A stretch of 64,000 nt of DNA from IMG/VR virus record IMGVR_UViG_3300002063_000001, positions 1-64,000 of that record, one strand, 5' to 3'. The first letter of the stretch is position 1; each line of letters starts with the position of its first letter. The stretch comes from a virus. The notes under the pieces are model-generated. The model ran no database searches. It worked only from the letters and a program-made list of their open reading frames with translations, and had not been told where the DNA came from. Below, piece by piece: positions 54,703-62,696 of this stretch. The position numbers were made by a program, and so were the translations under genes.

Positions 54703-55224
54703 ATGACATTCACAGAAAGAAACAACAAGCACCTTCTCAAAGACGAAGGAAAGATATTAGGCTATGTCACCCCGACTAAAGGAGGCTATGGATTAGCATT
54801 CGGCAAGCCATCTCAGAAGTCGGTATTGGTCTTTGAACCAAAGGAAGGTAATTGGACATTAGCCGAAGCTAAAAAAGCACTTAAAGAAAGGTTAGGCATT
54901 ATTGATGCAGTTCAAGAGCCTATGTATGTAAATGTATCTAACAGAGGTAATATTCTGAGAGGGCAAGATCCGAGCAAACCATTATTCGGCACGTTGTCTG
55001 ATGGCATTATTAAGATTGACTCATTAGAAGAAGCTTCTCTTACGGTTAAGTCCTACATAGACCAATACGACTTAGGAAGCAGCCAATGGTATGGGGGAGA
55101 GGTATTCCTTGCTAATGGTAAGATGATAGCTTATGTATCTTACAATGGCAGGGTATGGAGCGAAGGGGATGAGAGTTTTACCGAAGCTAAGATGGCTTTA
55201 AAGAGACGGTTATTAGAGGACTAA
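54703..55224 (+). CDS. Hypothetical protein
   Basis: 173-aa ORF starting 2 nt after the upstream stop. Confidence 0.5.
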   Translation: MTFTERNNKHLLKDEGKILGYVTPTKGGYGLAFGKPSQKSVLVFEPKEGNWTLAEAKKALKERLGIIDAVQEPMYVNVSNRGNILRGQDPSKPLFGTLSDGIIKIDSLEEASLTVKSYIDQYDLGSSQWYGGEVFLANGKMIAYVSYNGRVWSEGDESFTEAKMALKRRLLED

Positions 55225-55242
55225 AAAAGCAAATTAAAACAT

Positions 55243-55308
55243 ACTCACCGACCGCCTGCGTAGTTGTCTTATTACGCAGTATAAAATGGGGGGTTTTGGT
55301 CGGTGAGT
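55243..55308 (+). other. 66-nt nested stem-loop element (candidate structured RNA or attenuator)
   Basis: The outer 11-bp perfect stem pairs ACTCACCGACC (55243-55253) with GGTCGGTGAGT (55298-55308). The inner 7-bp stem pairs CTGCGTA (55256-55262) with TACGCAG (55273-55279). Confidence 0.4.
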
Positions 55309-55324
55309 TTCTAAAAAGCACAAA

Positions 55325-55765
55325 ATGAAAATATTAATATTTACCATACTATTTACTGCTATGCTAACATTTGTAGCTACTAAGTCGGTAATTAAACCCG
55401 AGCTTATAGTCTCTTCAGACATTGAGTCTATAGAAGACCTATTGCCGAACATTACAAGCGGAGGATGCGGAGTTTTCGCATATCACCTATACAACCGATT
55501 AGATAAGACAGAGAAGGGTCGGTATCACCTTATGAATATGGATGAGGGAAGGCACTTTCTGATATACGATAAGAAAAAGCAAGTATACATAGACCCTACA
55601 GGGGTGAAAGACGACTTAGCCCTTTACTTAGGTTGGGAGTTCGAGACATTAGAGCCTATATCAGCCGACGATCTACTTAAAAGGATTAAGCTAAAAAAGC
55701 ACTGGGGGGAAGCGTATAGCAGAGAGAACATTAGAAAGATATATAATTACGTACAATCACTGTGA
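55325..55765 (+). CDS. Secreted/membrane-anchored small protein with a possible Cys-His-Asp triad
   Basis: Signal-like N-terminus MKILIFTILFTAMLTFVATKS, then SGGCGVFAYH, GRHFLIYD and YIDPTG in the order C...H...D. Confidence 0.4.
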   Translation: MKILIFTILFTAMLTFVATKSVIKPELIVSSDIESIEDLLPNITSGGCGVFAYHLYNRLDKTEKGRYHLMNMDEGRHFLIYDKKKQVYIDPTGVKDDLALYLGWEFETLEPISADDLLKRIKLKKHWGEAYSRENIRKIYNYVQSL

Positions 55766-55968
55766 AAGGGTACAATAAAGCAATACACCCATACCTGGGA
55801 AGACCAAAAAAGCCAAGAGTTAAGTTTAAGTCTCACATCAGACCTAACTTCTATTACAACTCAGCTTTAGATCTACATGCTGCCGAAGGAGATTATATCA
55901 GAAACCAACAAAAAATTGCTCTGGAAAAGCACACGGGCAAACATTCTGGCCCTTTAACGTATCTTTGA
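55762..55968 (+). CDS. Hypothetical basic protein (GTG start, GTGA overlap)
   Basis: 68-aa ORF followed by a terminator. Confidence 0.4.
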   Translation: MKGYNKAIHPYLGRPKKPRVKFKSHIRPNFYYNSALDLHAAEGDYIRNQQKIALEKHTGKHSGPLTYL

Positions 55969-56015
55969 ACCAGCAAAACACTGCAGCCTTGTCATGATGT
56001 GCTGCATAAACCGAG

Positions 56016-56044
56016 AAGGAGGTCGTCGTTGGCCTCCTTTTTTT
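56016..56044 (+). terminator. Rho-independent terminator
   Basis: AAGGAGG-(10 nt)-CCTCCTT followed by a T-run. Confidence 0.65.
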
Positions 56045-56062
56045 ATTGCCAATAAAGCATAA

Positions 56063-56070
56063 TAATTTTG
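56063..56070 (+). promoter_or_regulatory. Candidate -7 box TAATTTTG
   Basis: Perfect TAnnTTTG just after the terminator and 34 nt before the 56104 start. It is adjacent to the TTGTA-GAA-TACAA palindrome. Confidence 0.3.
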
Positions 56071-56103
56071 TAGAATACAAATATCTTATGTTTATTTGCA
56101 GCA

Positions 56104-56352
56104 GTGGCCAGCAAAGAAGTAGAACTAGAAATCACTTTAGAGGACTCAGAAGGTGTTGAAATTACCGACGTACTTCTAGTAGAATACGAAGACGATAACA
56201 TCACTAGAGTAGAGTGCTCTATCTTAGAAGGATGTATCATGCATCTACTATCAGAAAGTGAACTAGACAACATCCGGACAGAACTTCAAGAAAGCATCTC
56301 TGCAGAAAAGCATTGTGGTCACGACTTAGAATTGCAAAGAACCAATGGTTGA
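56104..56352 (+). CDS. Hypothetical acidic protein (GTG start)
   Basis: 82-aa ORF overlapping the next gene by 8 nt. Confidence 0.4.
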   Translation: MASKEVELEITLEDSEGVEITDVLLVEYEDDNITRVECSILEGCIMHLLSESELDNIRTELQESISAEKHCGHDLELQRTNG

Positions 56353-57130
56353 GATAAGTAAAGAGGAATTAGACAGACTAAAGCCGATGCCCAATATGGT
56401 GCTGGTTAAGATGGTAAAGACATCTAAGGATAAGAACCAAGCTTTTGATAACATCAAAACTATCAAAGGAATTGATGGGAACATAGAGCTTGAGATAGAC
56501 ACCTCTTATGAGCCGAACTGGAAAGCGTCTGTCCGAGGGATAGTCACTAAGGTCTGCAACAAACTAACCTTTGATGAGATGTCTAATAGTGCGTTTGATC
56601 CTCCTTGGGATACAGATGTAGAAATTAAAGAAGGAGACTTAGCTTACTACGAGTACACCGCTATTACCCGAGCTTTTGGTATAGGGAATAGTGACGAAAT
56701 GTATACGGCTATGTCTTGCGAGGGTAATCTCTACTTATTTATGAAGTACCACGAAATCTTCCTAGTAAAAAGAGAAGATCAAATCATTCCTGTAAATGGA
56801 TATGTGGTCGGGTTAAGAGAAGAGAAAGAAAAGGTAGAGTCGGCTTTAGTTGTAGAGAGGCTCCTAAAGACTTCGGACCATATTATTAATGTAAAGTACG
56901 TAGGCAAGCCAAACAGAGCCTACCGAGGATATACCCATAAAGCAGCAGCAAAGCAGCCGGGTCTTATTATCCCTACTTATGATTTTACCGAGCATAATTT
57001 AGTGCCAGGAGAGAATGTATTCGTTGATAAAGCATCTAACATCTTCCTTATAGAGAATGATATTAACCCAACCTTAGAAAAAGGTCTGGTATGCACACAA
57101 AGAAAATATATTGGAGCAGTAACCAAATGA
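56345..57130 (+). CDS. Hypothetical protein
   Basis: 261-aa ORF. The N-terminal LKPMPNMVLVKMVK is vaguely GroES-like, which is not enough for a call. Confidence 0.5.
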   Translation: MVEISKEELDRLKPMPNMVLVKMVKTSKDKNQAFDNIKTIKGIDGNIELEIDTSYEPNWKASVRGIVTKVCNKLTFDEMSNSAFDPPWDTDVEIKEGDLAYYEYTAITRAFGIGNSDEMYTAMSCEGNLYLFMKYHEIFLVKREDQIIPVNGYVVGLREEKEKVESALVVERLLKTSDHIINVKYVGKPNRAYRGYTHKAAAKQPGLIIPTYDFTEHNLVPGENVFVDKASNIFLIENDINPTLEKGLVCTQRKYIGAVTK

Positions 57131-57483
57131 TACAAAACAAAATAGAAGAGAAGCCCTTTGCTGGTTTCCAATTAATGCCGATAAGCCTAGAGCGTAAGGC
57201 TATCGGAGATCTTGATAAAAAAGATCGGGAAAAGATAAAGTACTTCCTTAAGCTAAAGGATATAGCCGACTATCTGAAAATAGATCAGCAGAAAGTTGTT
57301 CAAGCAAATTTCCACGGCAGAAAGCTTATGGGAGAGTACAGAGTAAACCGAGTAAATGTCTTTGCTCAACCTACCTTTAGAAAGAATAAAACTCCTCAGT
57401 ACTTTGAGAAGCAGGAAACTAGACTGCTTAATAGGATTGCGGAGCTAGAGAAGGCTTTGGAAGGTCTCCACAGAGCTATATAA
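57127..57483 (+). CDS. Hypothetical protein
   Basis: I prefer the ATG at 57127 (ATGA overlap with the upstream stop) over the track start at 57091. Confidence 0.5.
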   Translation: MIQNKIEEKPFAGFQLMPISLERKAIGDLDKKDREKIKYFLKLKDIADYLKIDQQKVVQANFHGRKLMGEYRVNRVNVFAQPTFRKNKTPQYFEKQETRLLNRIAELEKALEGLHRAI

Positions 57484-57545
57484 CGTACTTGTATATGGTG
57501 CGTTTGAGGTACGAAAATGCATTATATACGGTGTTATGCATCTGT

Positions 57546-57564
57546 AAAATAAAAAAAAAGGGCG
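57546..57564. repeat. Left arm of the inverted repeat bracketing the methyltransferase gene (AAAATAAAAAAAAAGGGCG)
   Basis: Its reverse complement, CGCCC-T9-A-TTTT, matches 58332..58349 (CGCCC-T8-A-TTTT) apart from one T. Confidence 0.7.
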
Positions 57565-57599
57565 TGCCTGACGCAGGAAGGCAAATAAACACAAAGAGA

Positions 57600-58277
57600 A
57601 TGAGAGAATATTTAAACATAACTAATGAAGATAATATGCAATTAATGGCACGTTATCCTGACAACTATTTTGATTTAGCAATAGTTGACCCTCCTTATGG
57701 AATTGATGCTGATAATAAAAATAATGGTAAAAATTCTGATAGACACGAAAAAACAAGTAAGGCAAAAATAAACACCTATAAAAAAACAAATTGGGATAAT
57801 GCAATACCTGATGAAGATTATTTTAAAGAGCTAAAAAGAGTAAGTAAAAAACAAATAATTTGGGGTGCAAACTTCTTTAACTTACAAGGTGGGATGTTGT
57901 ATTGGCACAAGAACGTAACAATGCCAACTTATAGTACTGGTGAACTTGCTTATTTAAGTTGGTTAAATAAAATTGACTTTGTAGAGATTACTTGGCACGG
58001 AATGTTACAGTACGATATGAAAAATAAAGAAGAAAGAATACATCCAACTCAAAAACCTATTGCACTATATCAATTTCTTCTTACTAAATATGCTGAAAAT
58101 GGAAATAAGATTTTAGATACTCATTTAGGTTCTGGAAGTATTGCAATTGCTTTAGATGGCGTGAATAAAATAGAGAAGATGGATTTAACTTTAACAGCTT
58201 GTGAGTTAGATAAAGATTATTATAATAAAACAATAAAGCGAGTAGAAAAAGAAACAAGATGGGAATCACTTTTTTAA
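57600..58277 (+). CDS. DNA N6-adenine/N4-cytosine methyltransferase (beta-class, PF01555-like)
   Basis: Motif IV DLAIVDPPYG precedes motif I ILDTHLGSGSIAIAL. I prefer the ATG at 57600. The gene is visibly more AT-rich than its neighbours. Confidence 0.8.
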   Translation: MREYLNITNEDNMQLMARYPDNYFDLAIVDPPYGIDADNKNNGKNSDRHEKTSKAKINTYKKTNWDNAIPDEDYFKELKRVSKKQIIWGANFFNLQGGMLYWHKNVTMPTYSTGELAYLSWLNKIDFVEITWHGMLQYDMKNKEERIHPTQKPIALYQFLLTKYAENGNKILDTHLGSGSIAIALDGVNKIEKMDLTLTACELDKDYYNKTIKRVEKETRWESLF

Positions 58278-58331
58278 CAAATATGTATTATATACGTGTA
58301 TATGGTACGTTTTTGTTTGCGTATGAGTGGT

Positions 58332-58349
58332 CGCCCTTTTTTTTATTTT
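58332..58349. repeat. Right arm of the inverted repeat bracketing the methyltransferase gene (CGCCCTTTTTTTTATTTT)
   Basis: Pairs with 57546..57564. Additional shared 10-16-mers lie nearby: ATTATATACG and TGTATATGGTRCGTTT. Confidence 0.7.
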
Positions 58350-58460
58350 ATTGTGCATAACTCCCATATAAACGCACCTTTTTGTAAATGGTATATAATC
58401 AGCAGTTTAAGTGCCTAAAAACAGCCCAACCTTCGAAATTTGGTTTCAAAAGTTGAGGTT

Positions 58461-61400
58461 TCAGAAGTAATCCCCTAGATCAAAACCTTCACCTTCCTCC
58501 TCCTCTTCGTTAAAGTCAAGATCGTACACACTAAGATGATAGCTGCCAAACAAACATCCAGCACCAGCCACGAATAAATCTCTATTCGTCATATCGTCTA
58601 ATCCTTTAATATCAGCAAAATCTTGAAGCATAGTGATATGCTGCTCCTTATGGCAGTGATAGGCTATGTAGTTACGAACGTGGTCAAAGAGCTCCTGCTT
58701 ACTACCCGTCTGAGAGTGAAATCCGGGCTTATCCTTTTTGCGGCCAGTTTTAGGATCTACTTGATAGATTAAAAAGCCACCATACCCTCTATCCTCAAAG
58801 TATTGGTAAAGCACAGATTTGTTTGTCTCAGGAAACATACCCGTAGAGTAGAACACGCTCATCATTAGCATCTCTTCACAGTACTCATCCGAGCTTCCCG
58901 GCCTTTCCACATAGTCGCATACAAATCGGTGAGTCTTCCATTCAGAAGTATCTTTACTGTCAGGGTCTATTCGCTTATCTCTCCGTAAGAATACAGCACC
59001 AGCACCCTTAGACATTTTCGTATGGTTCTTAGTCTTTTTAAAAGCAGCGTCCTTAAGGTAGTCAAAAGTATCTGCAGAAGATACGTGAGTCGTCCGAGTA
59101 CAGTTCCATCTGCCGTTACTTCTAGTCTTTACATTCTGAAAATGAAGTACAGGCATTTCTGATATTCTAAACCTGCCATTCGGGTTATCCCTCCATACTA
59201 CAGTCCCAGAGTGAGCATCAGGATTGTCGTGCTTGCCAAATTTAGATAAGTACTCCTTAGCCGAGTAGTCTACGTGATGTATTCTCCAGTAGAAGTCCCC
59301 TTGCCTAGTAGGGCTGTCTGATAATTGAAGGTCTACTATTCTGTCTTGTAGCTTCTCCATATCAAAGCCGTTCCCCTCAGATTTTAAGGTCCAACAGTCT
59401 CTATAGTTTACGGGGTTCTTTCGCTTGAAAGAAGTGTACTCCTTCTCACCCTCTATAGTTCCCTTTTTCTTCTGGGATTCAAGATGATATTCTATAAACT
59501 CTCTCGACCCACGCTTCTTCCCTATGAACTTCTTTTGATCTTCGGTAAGGTTTTCTATCAATGACTCCCCATACTTCCCTACATACCCCTCTAATCCTTC
59601 AGGAGAAGGGATGAAGAGTAACCGAAGACCACTATCCGTTTGTCCGGTCACTTCACTTGTCTCTTGATAGTTAGACATATTACATAACCTTAAGTAATTA
59701 TCTCCGCCACCACTATTCATTTCCTCTACTGTACTCGGATGTCCAGTAAAAGCATACTTACGTATTTGAGTAGCACCACCCGGAGCCATTGTCGGCTTTA
59801 CAAGAGCCCATCCGTCTAATATGTTGGTAGCTAAAGTATTGTGGACTACTTGATAGTCTTTAAGCAAAAACAACCTGTCTGGGCCGTCTATTACTACACC
59901 ATAATAAGTACCCATACCAGCAGACTCTAATTTAAAGCCAGTCTTGCTAGTGTCTTTAGCTTTTGAACTTCTATTTTCACGTTTAGGAGCTTGTTTTCTA
60001 GGTAGTTTTGTTGGTATATCGTTAAGGTCTTTACCGTATATGGACACTACCCAACTATCAAAGTACTTATCTTTTAGTTTTGCCTTTTTGTATCGTTTAG
60101 ATGCAGAAAAACCTAAACCATCTGCTAACTCCTTTATTTGATTAGCAAAATCCTCCTTACTAGAGGATATTTCATAATTACACTTATTCCCACTTATATT
60201 CATATAGCCGTCAGAATCCAAAAGTCCGGCAAAAAGCTTCATTCTGTTTTCTTTTGAGTTAATCATAAAATCGAAAGGTATATGCTTATTATCTAAAACA
60301 TTATATGATCTAAGTTTATCTGTTAGTACATTGTTCTTAGGCCCATTCAGAGGCTTGTAGAATGAGTAGTTGTGACTATTTGTAGAGTTGAATGATTTGT
60401 GAAACCTTAAACTTAACTCATCTGCGTAATCTTCTAAGTACTCTATAACCTCCACATCTTTGTTGTGTATAGTTATTTTAGGCGACATTTTACATCCGTC
60501 ACCCAACCAAACACCTAAAAAATAAGGATCAATAGCTACATCTTTATGATTGTATTTGACCTCACTCTTATAAAGGTTAAGTACTCTTTTTTTACCCTTT
60601 GAAAACTTCAAATACTCATCTACAGTCACGTTTATAACGCTGTTAAGCTCACCGTAATTTTTGTCCGATATTTTTAACGACAGTATGTGAGACCTATTAC
60701 AGCCCCAAGAGTCAAATGCAAATTTATTAGGAAGGACATCAAACATCTCTTCTTGACCTGTAGTAGTATTAGTTACTTTTCTCGGTAAACTATCTGGCCC
60801 CATCAATAAATCCCCAACTTGTATATCCTGGATCATTTTGATAGTCCCATCGTACATTCTTATCTTAGTGTCTCGTTTAAAGCACTTCCCCTCTTCATCA
60901 CAAAGAAGAGCCCCATTAATTTCCTTGTTATCATAGTAAGCTCGATCAGCCTTATTTGCGTAATCTACTAGAGACTCCATATAGTCTTTGTAAAGCAACC
61001 TACTAGAAGCCCTTCGTCCAGGTCTATCGTTCACTAGCTTAGATTTCGGCAGAGCAGTCCCATCGTTCATCGGCTTACACCATACGGGCTGCCTTTGCCA
61101 CGCCTTTACAAACTTCTGTTGAAAAGTACCCTCGGCAGTAGAGTCCGAGTCACCTATCATAGAGTTGTAAGTCTCAGGCACACTCATTATGTCCAAGAGA
61201 ATAGATAAGAAGTCAGCGGTAGCACCCACACGTCTATTCTTAGGGTATACGTAGCCGAAGCAAGTCCGAACCCCAAAATCCTTACCTCTGTGATCTGTTG
61301 TGTCCACCATACACCATTTGTAGAACATAAAAGCTTTCCTTGCTCTATCTCTGTACTCGGGCGTGTATACTTTCTCGGGCTTACCAGTCTTCTTATTACG

Positions 61401-61961
61401 CACCATAAATGTACCCTGCCTAAAGGTAGTTAGTTGCCTAAAGTGCCACCCGTCTATGTAGGTCGGCTTACCATTGCAGAAGAACCAATATCCGTACCTA
61501 AAATGGTATTGCATCTTAGCTATAAATTGAAGGCTCTCTTTATACTTATGAGGATCAGAGTATAGCAATCTCCAGAAGTATTCAGGACCATCCACATCGT
61601 CACGTTTCGGGTTATGCCGTATATCAAAGTACTTTTCTTCTGCTTCTATAAGCTGCTGAGGCCATTTAGGCACTTCAAACCACTGTTCACTTGCAGGCTT
61701 ACCCCATCCAGTTATTTTCTCTAGTTTAGGCTTTACTATATCTGCAGGAGGGTTATTAGGAGACCAAAACCGAGCATTCATAGCTATGAAGTCGGCTATA
61801 TTTATAGTAATAGGCTTTAAGTCAGGGTCGTCTTCGTAGAAGTATTTTTCGCCATCCTGCCTTAGATGAGCATTTATTTTAACGACCTTATCCGCAGGCT
61901 TATAAGTGCTTATTACGGCTTTAAGATTAGGATGTTTATTGTAATAATGTTGTTTATCCAC
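58461..61961 (-). CDS. Terminase large subunit interrupted by an intein (817-aa extein plus 349-aa intein)
   Basis: The NRRVGATADF P-loop-like segment and ALLCDEEGK (Walker B hhhhDE) are split by the intein. The gene has terminase-like size and an adjacent HNH endonuclease gene. It starts with GTG. The Walker A lysine is not canonical, so the terminase call is moderate. Confidence 0.6.
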   Translation of the reverse strand: MDKQHYYNKHPNLKAVISTYKPADKVVKINAHLRQDGEKYFYEDDPDLKPITINIADFIAMNARFWSPNNPPADIVKPKLEKITGWGKPASEQWFEVPKWPQQLIEAEEKYFDIRHNPKRDDVDGPEYFWRLLYSDPHKYKESLQFIAKMQYHFRYGYWFFCNGKPTYIDGWHFRQLTTFRQGTFMVRNKKTGKPEKVYTPEYRDRARKAFMFYKWCMVDTTDHRGKDFGVRTCFGYVYPKNRRVGATADFLSILLDIMSVPETYNSMIGDSDSTAEGTFQQKFVKAWQRQPVWCKPMNDGTALPKSKLVNDRPGRRASSRLLYKDYMESLVDYANKADRAYYDNKEINGALLCDEEGKCFKRDTKIRMYDGTIKMIQDIQVGDLLMGPDSLPRKVTNTTTGQEEMFDVLPNKFAFDSWGCNRSHILSLKISDKNYGELNSVINVTVDEYLKFSKGKKRVLNLYKSEVKYNHKDVAIDPYFLGVWLGDGCKMSPKITIHNKDVEVIEYLEDYADELSLRFHKSFNSTNSHNYSFYKPLNGPKNNVLTDKLRSYNVLDNKHIPFDFMINSKENRMKLFAGLLDSDGYMNISGNKCNYEISSSKEDFANQIKELADGLGFSASKRYKKAKLKDKYFDSWVVSIYGKDLNDIPTKLPRKQAPKRENRSSKAKDTSKTGFKLESAGMGTYYGVVIDGPDRLFLLKDYQVVHNTLATNILDGWALVKPTMAPGGATQIRKYAFTGHPSTVEEMNSGGGDNYLRLCNMSNYQETSEVTGQTDSGLRLLFIPSPEGLEGYVGKYGESLIENLTEDQKKFIGKKRGSREFIEYHLESQKKKGTIEGEKEYTSFKRKNPVNYRDCWTLKSEGNGFDMEKLQDRIVDLQLSDSPTRQGDFYWRIHHVDYSAKEYLSKFGKHDNPDAHSGTVVWRDNPNGRFRISEMPVLHFQNVKTRSNGRWNCTRTTHVSSADTFDYLKDAAFKKTKNHTKMSKGAGAVFLRRDKRIDPDSKDTSEWKTHRFVCDYVERPGSSDEYCEEMLMMSVFYSTGMFPETNKSVLYQYFEDRGYGGFLIYQVDPKTGRKKDKPGFHSQTGSKQELFDHVRNYIAYHCHKEQHITMLQDFADIKGLDDMTNRDLFVAGAGCLFGSYHLSVYDLDFNEEEEEGEGFDLGDYF
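59838..60884 (-). mobile_element. Intein with a LAGLIDADG homing endonuclease domain (aa 360-708 of the ORF)
   Basis: The N-terminal splice junction is EEGK|CFKRDTKIRMYDG, with block B NRSH. The two LAGLIDADG motifs are FLGVWLGDG and FAGLLDSDGYM. The C-terminal junction is LFLLKDYQVVHN|T. Codons were checked on the DNA: TGC at 60884-60882 and AAT at 59840-59838. Confidence 0.85.
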
Positions 61962-62052
61962 AGGATACTATGTAATAGCTTTAAAATGTAACTTTGTAGC
62001 ATTGTTGGCCAATCGTAGTAGCTATCTAGGATAGTGAATGAAAGGTAAGGAA

Positions 62053-62079
62053 GGCACAGTCTGGTCGCTGTGCCTTTTT
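62053..62079. terminator. GC-rich hairpin between the HNH gene and the terminase gene
   Basis: GGCACAG-(8 nt)-CTGTGCC. The T5 run lies on the + strand side; on the minus strand the hairpin directly follows the HNH stop and is followed by a moderately U-rich stretch. Confidence 0.4.
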
Positions 62080-62497
62080 ATATGGGGTCACAGTAGACCA
62101 TTCTAAGCAGATCTACCTTCCTCCTGTTAAATTCTTTAAACGTGTCTTGCCTATCGTGTTCTTCAGGCAGAGCTAGGAGTATATTCTCTGGCATAAGTCT
62201 TAGTTTCGGATGAGTTCCTTTCCCGAGTATATGAAGAAATTGATGGTGCCATTGTGGATGACCTTTGTGTAGTAAAGGCTTACCGGATAGCTCGCTGAAA
62301 TGCACCCTATCATCCCATATCTCCAGGAACAGATCTAACTCCGTACCATTCTCTTCTTTCTCCTCTTGTCTTTTAGCCGAAATCTTTCGTATAGATTTCG
62401 GTCGCTTACTATCGGTTCTAAGGCGTTGGTGCATCTTACAGTACCCTTTACCCCATACATTGTAGCTGCATCCTTCGGCTTTGCATATTTTAGGCAT
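62078..62497 (-). CDS. HNH endonuclease
   Basis: N-terminal zinc ribbon CKAEGCSYNVWGKGYCKMH. HNH-like core HHQFLHILGKGTHPKLRLMPENILLALPEEHD. It sits immediately upstream of the terminase, which is the typical HNH-TerL pairing. Confidence 0.65.
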   Translation of the reverse strand: MPKICKAEGCSYNVWGKGYCKMHQRLRTDSKRPKSIRKISAKRQEEKEENGTELDLFLEIWDDRVHFSELSGKPLLHKGHPQWHHQFLHILGKGTHPKLRLMPENILLALPEEHDRQDTFKEFNRRKVDLLRMVYCDPI

Positions 62498-62696
62498 ATT
62501 TCATAAACTTAAATCCGTCTATAGCGTCGGTTACTATAACCTTTTGCACTTCAAACTCTTCTTCTATAGAGGTGTGAATCTTTACTTTTCCATCCATATA
62601 CACGTCTCCAAGTGTTTTAGAATCTACCAACAACACATCTGGCACTACACTATTAAGCCATAGCTCTTCTAGTTCAGCTTTTATACTCTGTATCAT
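62490..62696 (-). CDS. Hypothetical small protein
   Basis: 68-aa ORF overlapping both neighbours. Confidence 0.45.
   Translation of the reverse strand: MIQSIKAELEELWLNSVVPDVLLVDSKTLGDVYMDGKVKIHTSIEEEFEVQKVIVTDAIDGFKFMKYA

Noticed and set aside
56345-57130. GroES/gp31-like co-chaperonin call for the 261-aa ORF, based on LKPMPNMVLVKMVK
   Set aside because: Only a short N-terminal resemblance exists. The protein is more than twice the length of GroES, and I could not identify a mobile-loop or other conserved block.
61954-61962. Perfect DnaA box TTATCCACA overlapping the terminase start codon, tempting to link to the DnaA domain-IV protein
   Set aside because: It is a single 9-mer. About 0.5 chance occurrences are expected in 64 kb counting both strands, and I found no cluster of boxes anywhere in the window.
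61999-62006. Isolated perfect TAnnTTTG matches (for example TAACTTTG here, pointing antisense into the HNH gene)
   Set aside because: The 6 specified bases are expected about 16 times per strand by chance, and more often in AT-rich DNA. I kept only matches that are conserved as longer motifs or suitably placed upstream of genes.
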